NCBI RefSeq assembly: GCF_009914755.1
Contig: NC_060939.1
Reading direction: 5' to 3' (one strand)
Source of the DNA: the human T2T-CHM13v2.0 reference genome, Homo sapiens
DNA length: 64,000 nt
Shown one piece after another: positions 52,151 through 64,000 of the stretch (position 1 is its first letter; each line of letters begins with the position of its first letter). The notes beneath the pieces were generated by a model. It was not told where the DNA came from. It ran no database searches and saw nothing but the letters and a program-made list of their open reading frames with translations. The position numbers and the translations under genes are program-made.

Positions 52151-53132
52151 GGAATCAATGTCAAGAATAAAAAAGTGATTATCTCAGGTCCTAGATATTG
52201 AAATGATAAGAAACTATTATGAATAACTTTATAGCAAAACTTTACAAAATTTAGGGGAAATGAACACATTCTTAAAGAAGTACAATTTTATTAAAAGACA
52301 TCTGAAGAAAGAGAAAATCTGAATAGTCTTTTAACTGTTAAGAAAATTGAATCTGAAATTAAAGCTTTTCCTACAAACAAAACTCTAGATCAGATCAGAT
52401 AAGAAATTATATCAGACATTTAGGACCAAAATAACTATCATGTTACACAAAAGAATATTCCAGACACATTTTATATCAAGTATAAAGCCTATCTCACTTA
52501 TAGGCATAGAAGTATTAAAAAAACCTAATAAAAATGTTACAAATCAAATGTGATTGCTTTAGCCTTTGAAATCAGTGAAATTAACTTAGAATGAACGAGA
52601 AAAAATCGACCATTTCAATAAGTTCAGAAATTGTATTGAATAAAATTTAACATTGGTTCATAATAAGAATTTTTTAGTAAACTGGGAATACAGGAAGATT
52701 TTCCTAATGGTAAAAGATATCTATAAAAAGTCTACTATAATTTTATACTTAATGGTTAAATGCTCTTCTTTGGAGATTAGAAATAACAGAAAGATCCTCA
52801 GTATCACCACTTCTCTTCAACATTATACTGGAAATGCTATCCAGTGCAAAGAGGCAGAAAAACCAAAAGAAAAAAGGTATATAGATTGGAAGGGAGAAAT
52901 AAAAGGATTACAAAAAATGATATGATTTTATGAAAAAATTCAAAAGAATGTACAGATAACATTAGTAATACATGACTTTAGTTAATGCATGACTTATAGT
53001 ATTACTGGTCAATATTGAAATATAAACTGTGAACTTATATACCTGTAATAAACAGCTATGAAATGAATAAAAATACGATTTACAATAGCGTAAAAATATA
53101 AATTATCTAGAAACAAATCTAAAACATGATGT

Positions 53133-53485
53133 TGATATGGTTTGGCTGTATCCACCCCCAAACCTCAATTTGAATTTTATCACCCAGAATTCTTATGTAT
53201 TGTGGGAGGGACCCAGGAGGAGGTAATTGAATCATGGGAACCAGTCTTTCCCATGCTATTCTCATGATAGTGAATAAGTCTCAAGAGACCTGATGGGCTT
53301 ATCAGGGGTTTCCGCTTTTGCTTCTTCCTCATTTTCTCTTGCTGCTGCCATGTAAGAAGTAACTTTCACCTCCCGCCATGACTCTGAGGGCTCCCCAGCC
53401 ACGTGAACTGTAAGTCCAATTAAACCTCTTTTCCTTCCCAGTCTCAGATATGTCTTTATCAGCAGCATGAAAACGGGTTAATGCA
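53133..53485 (+). mobile_element. THE1A solo LTR
   Basis: tgatatggtttggctg...aggggtttccgcttttgcttcttcctc...ttaatgca; perfect TSD gatgt 53128-53132 / 53486-53490. Confidence 0.95.
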
Positions 53486-55023
53486 GATGTGTAAGACATC
53501 TATGCAGAAAACCACAAAGCATACCATAAAACTAAGAATAATATATAAATAACTGGAAGAAAAAATGTATATAGATTTGAAGATTTAATATAAGAAAGAT
53601 GTTAATGCCGTTCAATCTTACCTTTTCAGTTCAATCCCAATAAACATCCTCATCCCAATAAAAAGCTCATTTTTTTTTTTTGGTGGAAACAACCTGATTC
53701 TAAAATTTAAATGAAAATTCAGAGGGTCAAGAATAATTAAGGCATTCTTGAAAAAGGGCAAGTCAGAAGATGATAAGATATAAGCAAATAAAAGTGTGGG
53801 CTATAATAGAAAGTTCAGAAATTGACCACAGATAGATGAACATTAAATTTATGACAAAGGTGGCACACCAAAATGGTTGGGAAAGCTCAGGCTTATCAAT
53901 AAATTATGCTAGGAAAAATGAGTAAAAACATGGAAAACAAGAAACTTGACCCCTTCATCACTCCATAAAAAAAATCAATTCCAGGTAGATGTAAATGTGA
54001 GAGGCAAGACAGTAACAGCCTAGAAGATAACTTAGGAGAATATCTTTGTGGTCCAACGTGGAAAAAACACTAACTATAAAAAAAGGGCAAATATGACTAC
54101 ATTAACATTAAGAATTTCTTTTTATCAAAAGAAAGTGAAAAGGCAAAACAGAAAGAAGGAAAGTATTTGCAAGAAATATTACATATTTGAAATCTACTTA
54201 CAAAGTCTTTGTATTCAAAATGTGAAAAATAAAAAGGAAAAATTAAGAGAAATAACCTATAAGCAAGAGATTTGAATAGGTACTCCCCAAAATATAGAAT
54301 TCAAATGGCCTAAACATACATGAAAATTTGCCTAACTTCTTTAATAATTAAAATTAAAACCATAAGAAGATACTATTTGCCATCTTCATGAATTGCTATG
54401 CTTAATGGGACTGACAAATGCCTAGTGTTGAAGATGTAGAACTAGGTGAACTCACATTCATTGATGTGTAAACTGGTACAACTACTTTGGAAAACAGTAA
54501 GGTATTATCTACTAAGGACAGACAAAGATACATGTATTCTTTGACTTAGCAATTACAGTCTTAGATTTATACCCCGCATAAATGGGAACTCATATGTACC
54601 AGGAGACATATACGAGAATGTTCATAAAAACATTATTTTAATGGTTGACACAACCCAAATGTCTTATCTAGAATGGATGTATAAATTATGGTATACTCAT
54701 ATAATGAAATACTATACAGCCATGAAAATGAATAAACTACATGTAAGTGCAACAACATGAATTCCTCTTACAAGTACAATGTTGAACAAATGAAGGATTT
54801 GAAAGCATATCTGCATTATGACTCTGTTAATGAAGAGTATGAAGAGCAGGCAAGAGTAGGCTGTGGTGTTTGGTGAAGCATTTTTGGAAGTGAGAGTTGG
54901 TAAGAAGGTATTGTCATGGAAACCAGGACAGAGGTTGTCTTAGGGGACTATAAAGATTGGTGATTAGGATGAGGCTTTTGAGATTCTGGAAACATTCTGT
55001 TTCTTGGCCAAGGAAGTGGGATG

Positions 55024-55564
55024 TGTATTAGTCAGGGTTCTCTAGAGAGACAGGGCTAATAGAATAGATGTATATACGGAAGGGAGTTTCTTAAGGAGTA
55101 TTGACTCACATGATCACAAAGTGAAGTTCCACAATAGGCTCTCAGCGAGCTGAGGAGCAAGGAAGCCAGTCTGAATCCCAAAACCTAAAAAGCAGGGAAG
55201 CCAACAGTGCAGTTTTCAGTCTGTGGCCAAAGGCCCTAGAGCCCCGGCAAACCACCGGTGTAAGTCCAAGAGTCCAAAAGCTGAAGAGCTTGGAGTCTGA
55301 TATTTGAGGGCAGGAAGCATCCAGCACAGGAGAAAGATGAAGTCTGGAAGACTCAGCCAGTCTAGTTCTTCCATGTTTCTCTGCCTGCTTTTATCCTAGC
55401 TGTGCTGGCAGCTGATTAGATGGTGCCCACCCAGATTGAGGGTGGGTCTACCTCTTCCAGTCCACTGACTCAAATGCTTTGGCAACACCTTCACAGACAC
55501 ACCCAGAAACAATACCTTGTATCCTTCAATCCAGTCAAGTTGACACTCAATATTAACCATCACA
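55024..55564 (-). mobile_element. MLT2A2-like (HERV-L) solo LTR
   Basis: tgtattagtcagggttctctagag...tcaatattaaccatcaca, 541 bp; perfect TSD ggatg 55019-55023 / 55565-55569. Confidence 0.9.
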
Positions 55565-55597
55565 GGATGTCACTGTGATAATTGAGAAGTACAGTTT

Positions 55598-57613
55598 TTT
55601 TAATTTTTAATTTTTATGGGTACATAGTAGGTATATATATTTATGGAGTACATGAGATATTTTGATACAGGCATGCAATGACTAATAATGACATCATGGA
55701 AAATGGGGTATCTATCCCCTCAAGCATTTATCCTTTGTGTTACAAATAATCCAATTATACTCTCAGTTATTTTAGAATGTATAATTAAATTATTATTCAC
55801 TATAATCACACTGCTGTGCTATCAAATACTAGGTCTTATTCACTCTTCCTGTTTTTTTTGTACCCAGTAGCCATCCTCACCTCCCCCTGCACTCCCCACT
55901 ACCCTTCTTGGTTTCTGGTAACCATCCTTCTACTCTCTATTTACATGAGTTCAATTGTTTCGATTTTTAGATCACATAAATAAGTGAGAACATGCAATGT
56001 TTGTCTTTCTGTGGTTGGTTTATTTAAAAAAAATAATGATTTCCAGCTCCATCCATGTTGTTGAAAATGACAGGATTTCCTTCTTTCTTATAGATTAATA
56101 GAACTCCATTTTGTATATGTACCACATTTTCTTTATCCATTTATCTGTTGATGGACACTTAGGTTGCTTCCAAATCTTGGCGACTATGAACAGTGCTGCA
56201 ATAAATAGTGGAGTGCAGATATCTCTTTGATATACTGATTTCCTTTCTTTTGGGTATATATCTAGCAGTAGAACTGCTGGATCATATGATAGCTCTATTT
56301 TTAGGTTTTTTTTTTTTTTTTTTTTTGAGAAAGCTCCATACTGTTCTCCATAGTGGTTGGAGTAATTTACATTCCCATCAACAGTATATGAGGGTTCTCT
56401 TCTTTTCTGTATCCTCTCCAGCATTTGTTATTTCCTGTCTTTTATTTATAAGCCATTTTAGCTGGGGTGAGATGATATCTCATATTAGTTTTGATTTGCA
56501 TTTCTCTGATGGTAGATGATGTTCAGCATCTTTTCATGTACCTGCTTGTCATTTGTATGTCTTATCTTGAGAAATGTCTATTTAGATCTTTTGCCTATCT
56601 TTTGATTGGATTATTAGATTTTTTTTCTATAGAGTTGTTTGAGCTACTTATAAATTCTGGTTATTAATCCCTTGTCATATGGGGTGTTTGCAAATATTTT
56701 CTTGCATTTGGTGGGTTATCTCTTCACTTTGTTGCTTGCTTGCTGTGTAGAAGCTTTTTAATTTGATGTGATCCCATTTGTCCATTTTTGCTTTGGTTGC
56801 CTGTACTTCTGGGGTATTACTCAAGAAATTTTTGCCCAGACCAATGTCCTTTACAGCTTCTCCAAAGTTTTCTTTTAGTAGTTTCATAGTTTGAGATCTT
56901 AGATTTAAAGACCTTTTAGATTGAAAGGCTCTTTTTTGATTTCCATTGGCGTAGAATATCTTTTTCAATCCCTTTATTTTCAGTGCATGTGTTCTTTTTT
57001 TTTTTAAATAGGTGAAGTATATTTCTTGTAGGCAACATATCATTGGGTCTCGTTTTTTTCCATCAGTTTAGCCACTCTGTGTCTTTTGATTGGAGAGTTT
57101 TGTCCATTTACATTCAATGTTATTGATAAGTAAGGACTTACGCCATTTTGTTATTTATTTTCTGCTTGTTTTGTGGTCCTTTCTTCTTTTTTTCTTTTTC
57201 CTGTATTGCTTTTAATGAAGGTGATTTTCTCTGGTGGTATGACTTAATTTCTTGCTTTTTAATTTTTGTACTTTTTTGTGTGTTTTTTGATTTGAGGTTA
57301 CTGTGAGGCTTGCAAATACTATCCTATAACCCATTATTTTAAACTTATGACAACTTAACACTGATCACATAAACAAACATTCAAAAAGAAAAATAATAAA
57401 AACTCTATACTTTAACTTCATCCTCACTTTTTAAACTTTTTGTTGCTTTTCCTTATGTCATATTTTACTGTCTATGTCTTGAAAAGTTGTTGTTATTTTT
57501 GATTTGTTTTTTGTGATAGTGCTTTTCTGTGTGCAAATAGTTGTTAAAATTTGCTGTTGCTGTGGGGAGGATGAACGGTGTGGGCTTCTGTTCTGCCATC
57601 TTGCCCCACCTCC
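55598..57613 (-). mobile_element. L1MA-type LINE, ~2 kb, both termini present with large internal deletions
   Basis: 3' end at ~55598 and 5' end ggaggtggggcaagatggcagaacagaag at 57613. Degenerate 15-bp TSD tgagaagtacagttt 55583-55597 / tgagatgtgcatttt 57614-57628. Confidence 0.88.
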
Positions 57614-58239
57614 TGAGATGTGCATTTTAAAATTTTGTGCACTTTCCTTAAAATGATTTAAAAAGAAAAGAAAAATATACATATGCATATCTTTGACCAA
57701 AATTTCCACTTTGATTTATGTTATAATACAATCATATATCAGTGAAGTGATGCATTTATAGGATATTGCAACACTGAAATGTAAAAAGATTAGAAGCTAC
57801 TGAAATGTTCTTTAATAGAGACCAGTTAAATAATTTATGAATAATCCATACAATAAAATATGAAACAGCTGTTAAAAAAGTGAATGACACAGTGCAATGT
57901 ATACTTATCTGAAAGTCTTTCAATATTAAGTGAACAAAAAAACAGAGTTCAGAATAGTATGGATATACAAAATTTATGTATATGGAAAATGTGTGGCCTA
58001 TTTCTAAAGTGAATAATAGTAATTTCCTTTGGCTAAAGAACTATGTGACTAGAAGAAAGGAAGAGAAGAAGAATTTTTCAATGAACTTCAAGAGGTGTTT
58101 TTGAATTTTTTGCCATAGATATATATTACTTTATTTGAAACTCTTTCAAATAGAAGAAAATACTAAAAAAAAAAAAACAAGAATTACCCCACCAGTCAGA
58201 TATTTCCCTAAGCGTTTAACATATAAAATACAGGAATTG

Positions 58240-58350
58240 GTGTTATAGCAATTTTACAGATGTAGACAGTGAGGTTAGAAGGCTAAAAAACTTGCCTAAG
58301 ATCATTCAGCTAATAAAGAGTGAAGCTGAAATTCAAACCCAAGTCTATAT
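58240..58350 (-). mobile_element. MIR SINE
   Basis: attttacagatgtagacagtgagg...aacttgcctaagatcattcagctaataaagagtgaagctgaaattcaaacccaagtct. Confidence 0.8.
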
Positions 58351-58383
58351 GAAAGGAGATTCAGCCTATTTGAAGAGACACAG

Positions 58384-58391
<8 letters not shown>

Positions 58392-58421
<30 letters not shown>
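58392..58421 (+). repeat. (AG)15 microsatellite
   Basis: 30 nt of uninterrupted AG. Confidence 0.97.
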
Positions 58422-58424
<3 letters not shown>

Positions 58425-58869
58425 TTCCTGGCCTTCCTTAGCTCAGTGTGGAGCCATTTTGAAAATCTGCAATACGCCAATGATACCAATGATGCCTCAT
58501 GTCAAAATTGCATTAAAAGTCATTATGTGTTGTTACAGTTCTTTTGATTCCATTAAAGTCACCCAGTGGTAACTGCCAAGTGAAACAAAATAAAAAGTAG
58601 AGATAGAAGCTTAGGAATTAAGGTTTCCTGCAGAAAATTCTAACATATAATAGTATTCACCTCTTTTAAGCTAGCCACCGCTAATTTAGGCCCATTTGTT
58701 GGGAAGTGCTTTGATTATATTTTATTTTATGGAGACATAATCTTCTTAATGTTGTAACAATTTCATCTCTTTGATGAAACTTACTATGATTTATTCTATA
58801 ACTTTATACCCTCATTTTAAACATTTATCAGGGTCTATCTCCCACATCTTCCATGTTCAATGGGTATCA

Positions 58870-59390
58870 AACAAATCCTAGGCAGTCTGTTTCTAAATGT
58901 TACTTGGCTATTCCCCACTTTCTGCATCCCCATTGCCACTCTTCTAATCCAAGCCTTTTGGACCTTTAGCTTTAACTACTGCATTAACATCCTCAATAGG
59001 CTTCTTTTTCACTCAATCATTTACCATTCATTCATTTCTTCACTCTCTGTCTTTTGAGCACTTACTATCAACAAGATCTTGGGTAAACAGTGAGAAATAA
59101 AGCATAGTCCCCTTTCACAAGGAACTTATGGTTTACTGAAGAAAAACAACCATAAAAGCAGAAAATTACACCACAATATGAAAAGTGCTTTAATAGTAGT
59201 ATGTACAAGATGTTATGGGAGCCCAAAGGGAGAAATGGAGGATATGCAGTGGAAAGTCATTGGAGGCTTCTCAGAGGAGGTGATGTCTGAATGAAATCTG
59301 TGAGGAGTAAGAGTTTTTCACTGGATGTGCAAGAAGAGCAATTGAGAGAGAAGAAATAACTTGAGTCAACTCAGGGAGACATGAAATCAC
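58870..59390. mobile_element. L2 fragments (+ then -)
   Basis: ccccattgccactcttctaatccaagcc; cattcattc...gagcacttactat...ggaggcttctcagaggaggtgatgtctgaa. Confidence 0.65.
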
Positions 59391-59591
59391 CTTCTCTCCC
59401 TTCCCTATCTATGAGTTACAGCACGTAGTCACTTAAGTTATTTTTAATAAAGAGAAATTGGACATGCAGTCTGCTGATAAAACCTTTAATGACGCTCCAA
59501 TTTCTTCAGAACCAAGAAGAAATTACTTGGTGTCAAAGAACCCTTTCCAGTTTTCCTTCTTACAACTTCCTTGAGATTTGGCAACACCAAT

Positions 59592-60145
59592 TTGGTTAAG
59601 TTGGGAATTCTATTTCTTAGAAACCCTTCTTTGTAGGGTTCCCAGTTAGATGTCTGAAGGAAGAACTTGAATGAAATTCGGGAGGTGGGAGAGAAGCAGC
59701 AGTTGTTAATTTGGAAGTTTGTCCCAGTCAGATACAGAACCTGATGGGTTCTAGCTGATCATGGCTCTCCTCTTCTCTGTGTCTAACACATCTTCCCAAA
59801 TGCTGCTCTGCTGACCAGTAGTGGTCTCAAGCCCACTACAAGACTCTTGACTATGAGTGTGCAGAGGTTGTGATCTTTAGAGACCATAGCTTCCTCTAGT
59901 CCTGTCCACAAGCTCTTCCTTTGTGGTTTCACTTTGGTGGCTAGATAAATTGGTTTCTTGGATTTCACTGCAAGCTTCAACTTTTCTTCCCTTGCTAGTG
60001 CTCTAGGTAGACTGGTTAATGACTTCTCCTCTGATATCCTGACCTTCACTTCCCCAGCTCCTCCCACAGTTGTGTAAGGTCTAATTCCTAAAATAAATCC
60101 CTGATTCCTGTAATACTTATGGTGGCTATAAACCCTGATTGATAC
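59592..60145 (+). mobile_element. LTR41-like (ERVL) solo LTR
   Basis: 3' end ccagctcctcccacagttgtgtaaggtctaattcctaaaataaatccctg...aaccctgattgataca. Confidence 0.65.
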
Positions 60146-61711
60146 AGGGAGGTTTCTTTAACAGGTCATGAACATTGATTAGAATGCTCCCTTCCTCTGC
60201 TCTCCATTTTTAGCATGGCAAACGCCTGTGTTGTTCACAGGTTCAGTTTAAATGTGTCTTCCATTGTGAAAACTTCTAGAACCTTCCTTTTTGCCAGTTT
60301 CACACAAACAGTGGTCCTGAAACACTTTGGATCCCTTTTCTTTATTTCCCACATCTACTATGGTTTGGTGTTTTTTAATCTATTCTCACCACGTATTGTG
60401 AACTCTTTCAGGTGGAGGAACATGTTTTACTATCTTTCCTGTCTTTCTTTGTTCTTCCACCCCCTGAGTTGTATAGCACAACACACAGTTCCAGTAATTG
60501 ATTTGAGCTTATTGACTTGCATAGAACTTTCATACTACTCCTATGTATACATAGGAGTTGCTTCCAAATCTGTAAGGATTTGCAAGACATCTAATAGGAG
60601 GATTCATAGTTGAGAATCAGATGATCTTATAGATAAGACATTGGAAAAATGAGGAAGTGGACAGATACACAAAAATCATTTAAACTATTTTATGACATGA
60701 AAATAAGACAGTAAAATTAGTACACTAAATAAAGAGAATGCCAATGCCATATTACTCATTATTAGGTGGTTATAAAAGTTACATGACAGTTAATTTAGAT
60801 TTGCCACTCCTTGGTACTGAAAACTATTTTCAGATTTCTTCTACCATTGTTTTAACACTTAAAAAAATGAATTCATCACTCCTCTTTTATTTCCAGGTAG
60901 CAGGCATGCTGAAAGGGCTTTTCTTTGTGTCTTCTCCACTGTTAAAGTATTTAGTGCCTTTTCTGATGACTTAGAGTTGTTGCCTCCCATCTCTCAGGTT
61001 CTACTCCTGTTTAGAAATGCAGTGACTTGGATATTAACAACGGAGAAAAATGAGGGAAACAAAAACTAACAAACAGGTAAACCTCAAATCTTTGAGGAAA
61101 TTTTATTTAACCGGTTCGATCTCACTGAGCAGGCATTTCTCACCTTCTATCCTGATACAGAGATTTAGAAACTCTCTCTGCTCAGCTAGTTTCATGCCAG
61201 AGCACGCTCAGCCACCATACTCACATCTCTGTTTCCTGCCTTGCAAAAGTCACAGGAGTGCAGTTCTGAGGCCAGGTTTTACCTTCTTTCCACATCCTAA
61301 GGGAGAAAGAAAACATTGCAAAAACTCCAGCTCGTGTTCTGCTGTCTGTTTTGCTCCTTTTCCTATTCCCTACACCACTTTCTCTTTTTCTAATTATCCG
61401 CAGTCGGAGAGATTCATAAATCTCATACACTGTAACTGAAAGTGAAATTCTCCCCATTGCTGAAAAGCTGCACAGAAGCAAATCAACAGGTACTGGAATT
61501 CTGTATACAGGGAGGCTCACAGCAGGAGAAGTGTATGCTATATTCAATTTTAATATTCTAGTGTTCACAGGTTTGCCTCCATTTGGTATTTTTTTAAAAA
61601 AGGAAATAGTAGTTTCTCATAAAATCTTCTTGAAATCCTGCTAGAAATATGGAGAGTATTTATATTAATTGTTTTATTTTAGAAACTTTTTGGCAGTTCT
61701 TGCTAATTAAC

Positions 61712-61750
61712 CTGATTGGCTGAGGGAGAAAATTGCTAAGAGACCAATCA
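61712..61750. promoter_or_regulatory. Paired NF-Y (CCAAT) boxes, candidate promoter
   Basis: agccaatcag on minus (ATTGG 61715-61719) and gaccaatcac on plus (CCAAT 61744-61748), both fitting RRCCAATSR, in repeat-free DNA. Confidence 0.4.
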
Positions 61751-62262
61751 CATTGCTTTATATTTGAAACCTTGGCTATTTAAAGATAGCTCCCTTGGAT
61801 TTCATGATAACCAGATCCTGAAATGGTCAGGCATTAGATTTTGAGTGTTTCAACAACTGAATGGGATGGCCCATTGATTGCCCATTCATTGTGACAGCCC
61901 AGAGCCCCATGATTGACCAGCATCTGGTTAACTCAGTTGACCTGGATACTCCAGGCCCTGATGATTGCTCCCTGAACCCTAAGGGGAGCTTGGACTGTCA
62001 AGAACTAGTCACGTGCCTGTTTTGTTTGCAGAATTGTCATTGTCAGAGAAGAAAATTCATAGTCCACCTTTGTTCTTTCACAGTACCAGGCAGAAAAAAC
62101 AAAACAAAAACCAAAACCTGACAACACTTTGGAAAATTGGTTCCATTAAAGATATGCTCTATCATATCTACCCTGATGAGCACAATAAAATAAAAATGAT
62201 TCTGGTGCTATTTACACAGCTGGGTTTATTTGATTTGTAGGTTATTTAAAGGTGCTCTAAAT

Positions 62263-62447
62263 CAGTAGTCTACAAACTGTGGTCCCAGAGCAGAGGCAGC
62301 AGCTTTACACAGAAACTTGTTAGAAATGCATTCTTAGGCCCCACTCCAGACCTACTGAATCAGAAACTCTAGGGATGAGGCCTAACAACCTTTGTTTTAA
62401 TGAGCCTTCCCAATGAGGCTGATGCCTGCTCAAGTTGAGAACCATTG
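62263..62447 (+). mobile_element. MER5A (hAT-Charlie MITE)
   Basis: cagtagtctacaaactgtggtccc...cttgttagaaatgca...ccagacctactgaatcagaaactct...tgagaaccattg; 8-bp TSD ctctaaat / ctcttaac. Confidence 0.92.
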
Positions 62448-63939
62448 CTCTTAACTGCTGGTATGTGGGGTTTTGTTTAAATGGTGACACCTGGGATCCT
62501 AATTCTGCTTGTTCTCTTCTCTCATTCTTTCCTCCTGAGTCTTCCAGTCAGAAGAGTCACTTCTCTCATTCCTTAGTCCCTCAAGGCCTTTTGTAACCTC
62601 CGCTCTGGGGGCCTGGGTGGGATGCCTAATGTTGGGATGCACTGGGAACCTTCTAGCCTCGTTAGAATTTAGCAATTAAACCAAAGTGTTCCACCTGGTT
62701 TTGTTAAGCAGCACTGGCTGACCTTCTGGGCTGGTCCAGGTACCTGACACTTTGTCCTTCCCTCCCTCTTGCACCCTCCTGCATATAAAGCAAAGCATTG
62801 CCATTGTATATCCCAGCATTATATGAGACAGGTAGTGGTTAACCCTCTCAAAGTATTTAGAACAGGACCCTGGCAATTTTAAGCCTTTCATTCTGGAAGA
62901 AAATTTTCATTTGTTTTCTGTATGAGTCTGGTGTGCTGGAAGTCCACAACAAACCTAGAATTTTAAAATACTCATTGCATTGAAAGAAGCATGGCCACTT
63001 TCTATTCTATATGTGAGATTTAAGGGCTCAGGAAAATGTCAGCTTGCAAAGCTGCCTAAACGTTGCATCTCCTTCTTTTTCAAAGGCTGGGTTGGATGGG
63101 GAGAGGTTGGAGATACAGACTTATTGGTCTTAACCAACAAAGTTTACTGAAACCAGATATATCTAAGAAAAACATATTGGTGTGGTGTTTTTTTTTCTTC
63201 ACTAGAACTGCCCTCGATAAAATGTGGGTGTCATTTGAAAAGGGCATCATTTCCAGTGAATTCTGAAAGTGTCACACAGGGTATTGATTGATCAGTCTTG
63301 CCGTCAGCGTGATTGGGGCCAGCGTGGAGCTGCTCCTGTGATCCAATTTTCAAAGCTCACAGACACCTTCACTCTCTGGCAAATAGCATCAGCAAGTGGT
63401 CGAACAGAGGGCACCAGAGAGATGGGAGTGGGGTGCAGGAATAGTCTGGCAGAAAGGTGGCAAGAATGAATGATTTTGTATCATGATCAGCTTGTCTAAC
63501 CACTGTGTGTTGAAAGCTGTAAGTACACCTCAGGTGCATTGGATGGTTAGGAGTCTAATTTGTTTTCTCTAATAAGCAACATTAAGCTGTGAATAAGTCA
63601 AAGCAGCTTCTAATCAATGAGAAATACCAATGCCAACATTGGTGAAGTCACTTTAAGATAATATAAGTGTCTTAATTTGTGTTCGCTTTTGCCCTCAAGT
63701 TCATATTCATAATATAGACATGGGACAGAAGTACTCCGCCGAACTGTATTTCCTTTATGGTGTGAGCCAAAGTTACATCTAGCCCAAGTGGTCCTTAAAA
63801 TAACAAATATATAGTCTACACACATGGCTTCTAAGGGTGCCATTCACTTGCTCTAGGATTGTATGTGTGAATAAATGCATGAATGTATATGAGCAGATAA
63901 GTCTGCCTTGACCTGTGTCATGAAGAGTTTGGAGGTGGG

Positions 63940-64000
63940 TTGAGTGACCTTAGGCAAGGGATGATCTCTTTATGGGCCCTCATTTTCCTGTTTTTGAAAC
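63940..64000 (+). mobile_element. MIR fragment at window edge
   Basis: gagtgaccttaggcaag...ctctttatgggccctcattttcctg. Confidence 0.6.

Larger units (their letters stand above)
51590..55020 (+). mobile_element. Old L1M (L1ME/MD-like) ORF2 and 3' UTR
   Basis: A-rich decayed ORF2 (gggaaatttatagctttaag; tttatgacaaaggtggc; aaactggtacaactactttggaaaacag). The 3' tail reappears at ~57614-57670 after two insertions. Confidence 0.8.

Overview
Primate (human-like) non-coding genomic DNA. I find no supportable protein-coding gene, RNA gene, CRISPR array or CpG island. Roughly half of the window is interspersed repeats. These include six AluS/AluJ copies, several L1PA/L1MA/L1ME pieces, a full-length THE1A (MaLR) provirus with both LTRs and a target-site duplication (TSD), solo THE1A, THE1D, MLT1, MLT2A2, LTR16, LTR33 and LTR41 LTRs, hAT-Charlie DNA transposons, and many MIR/L2 relics. 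The longer ORFs mostly come from L1, THE1 or Alu sequence; the rest look like chance ORFs. The most notable item is a near full-length LF-SINE (LFSINE_Vert) at ~12425-12817 on the minus strand, a very ancient SINE family whose surviving mammalian copies are typically exapted as enhancers or exons. Other leads: several repeat-free blocks rich in homeodomain/TCF/PBX motifs (enhancer-like), candidate lncRNA-type exons on both strands, a double-CCAAT promoter candidate, intact DUX4 motifs in three THE1A LTRs, and two L1s that keep both termini but have lost most of their interior. Repeat families were assigned by eye against consensus sequences recalled from memory, so subfamily names and the boundaries of old repeats are approximate. 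No conservation or expression data were available.
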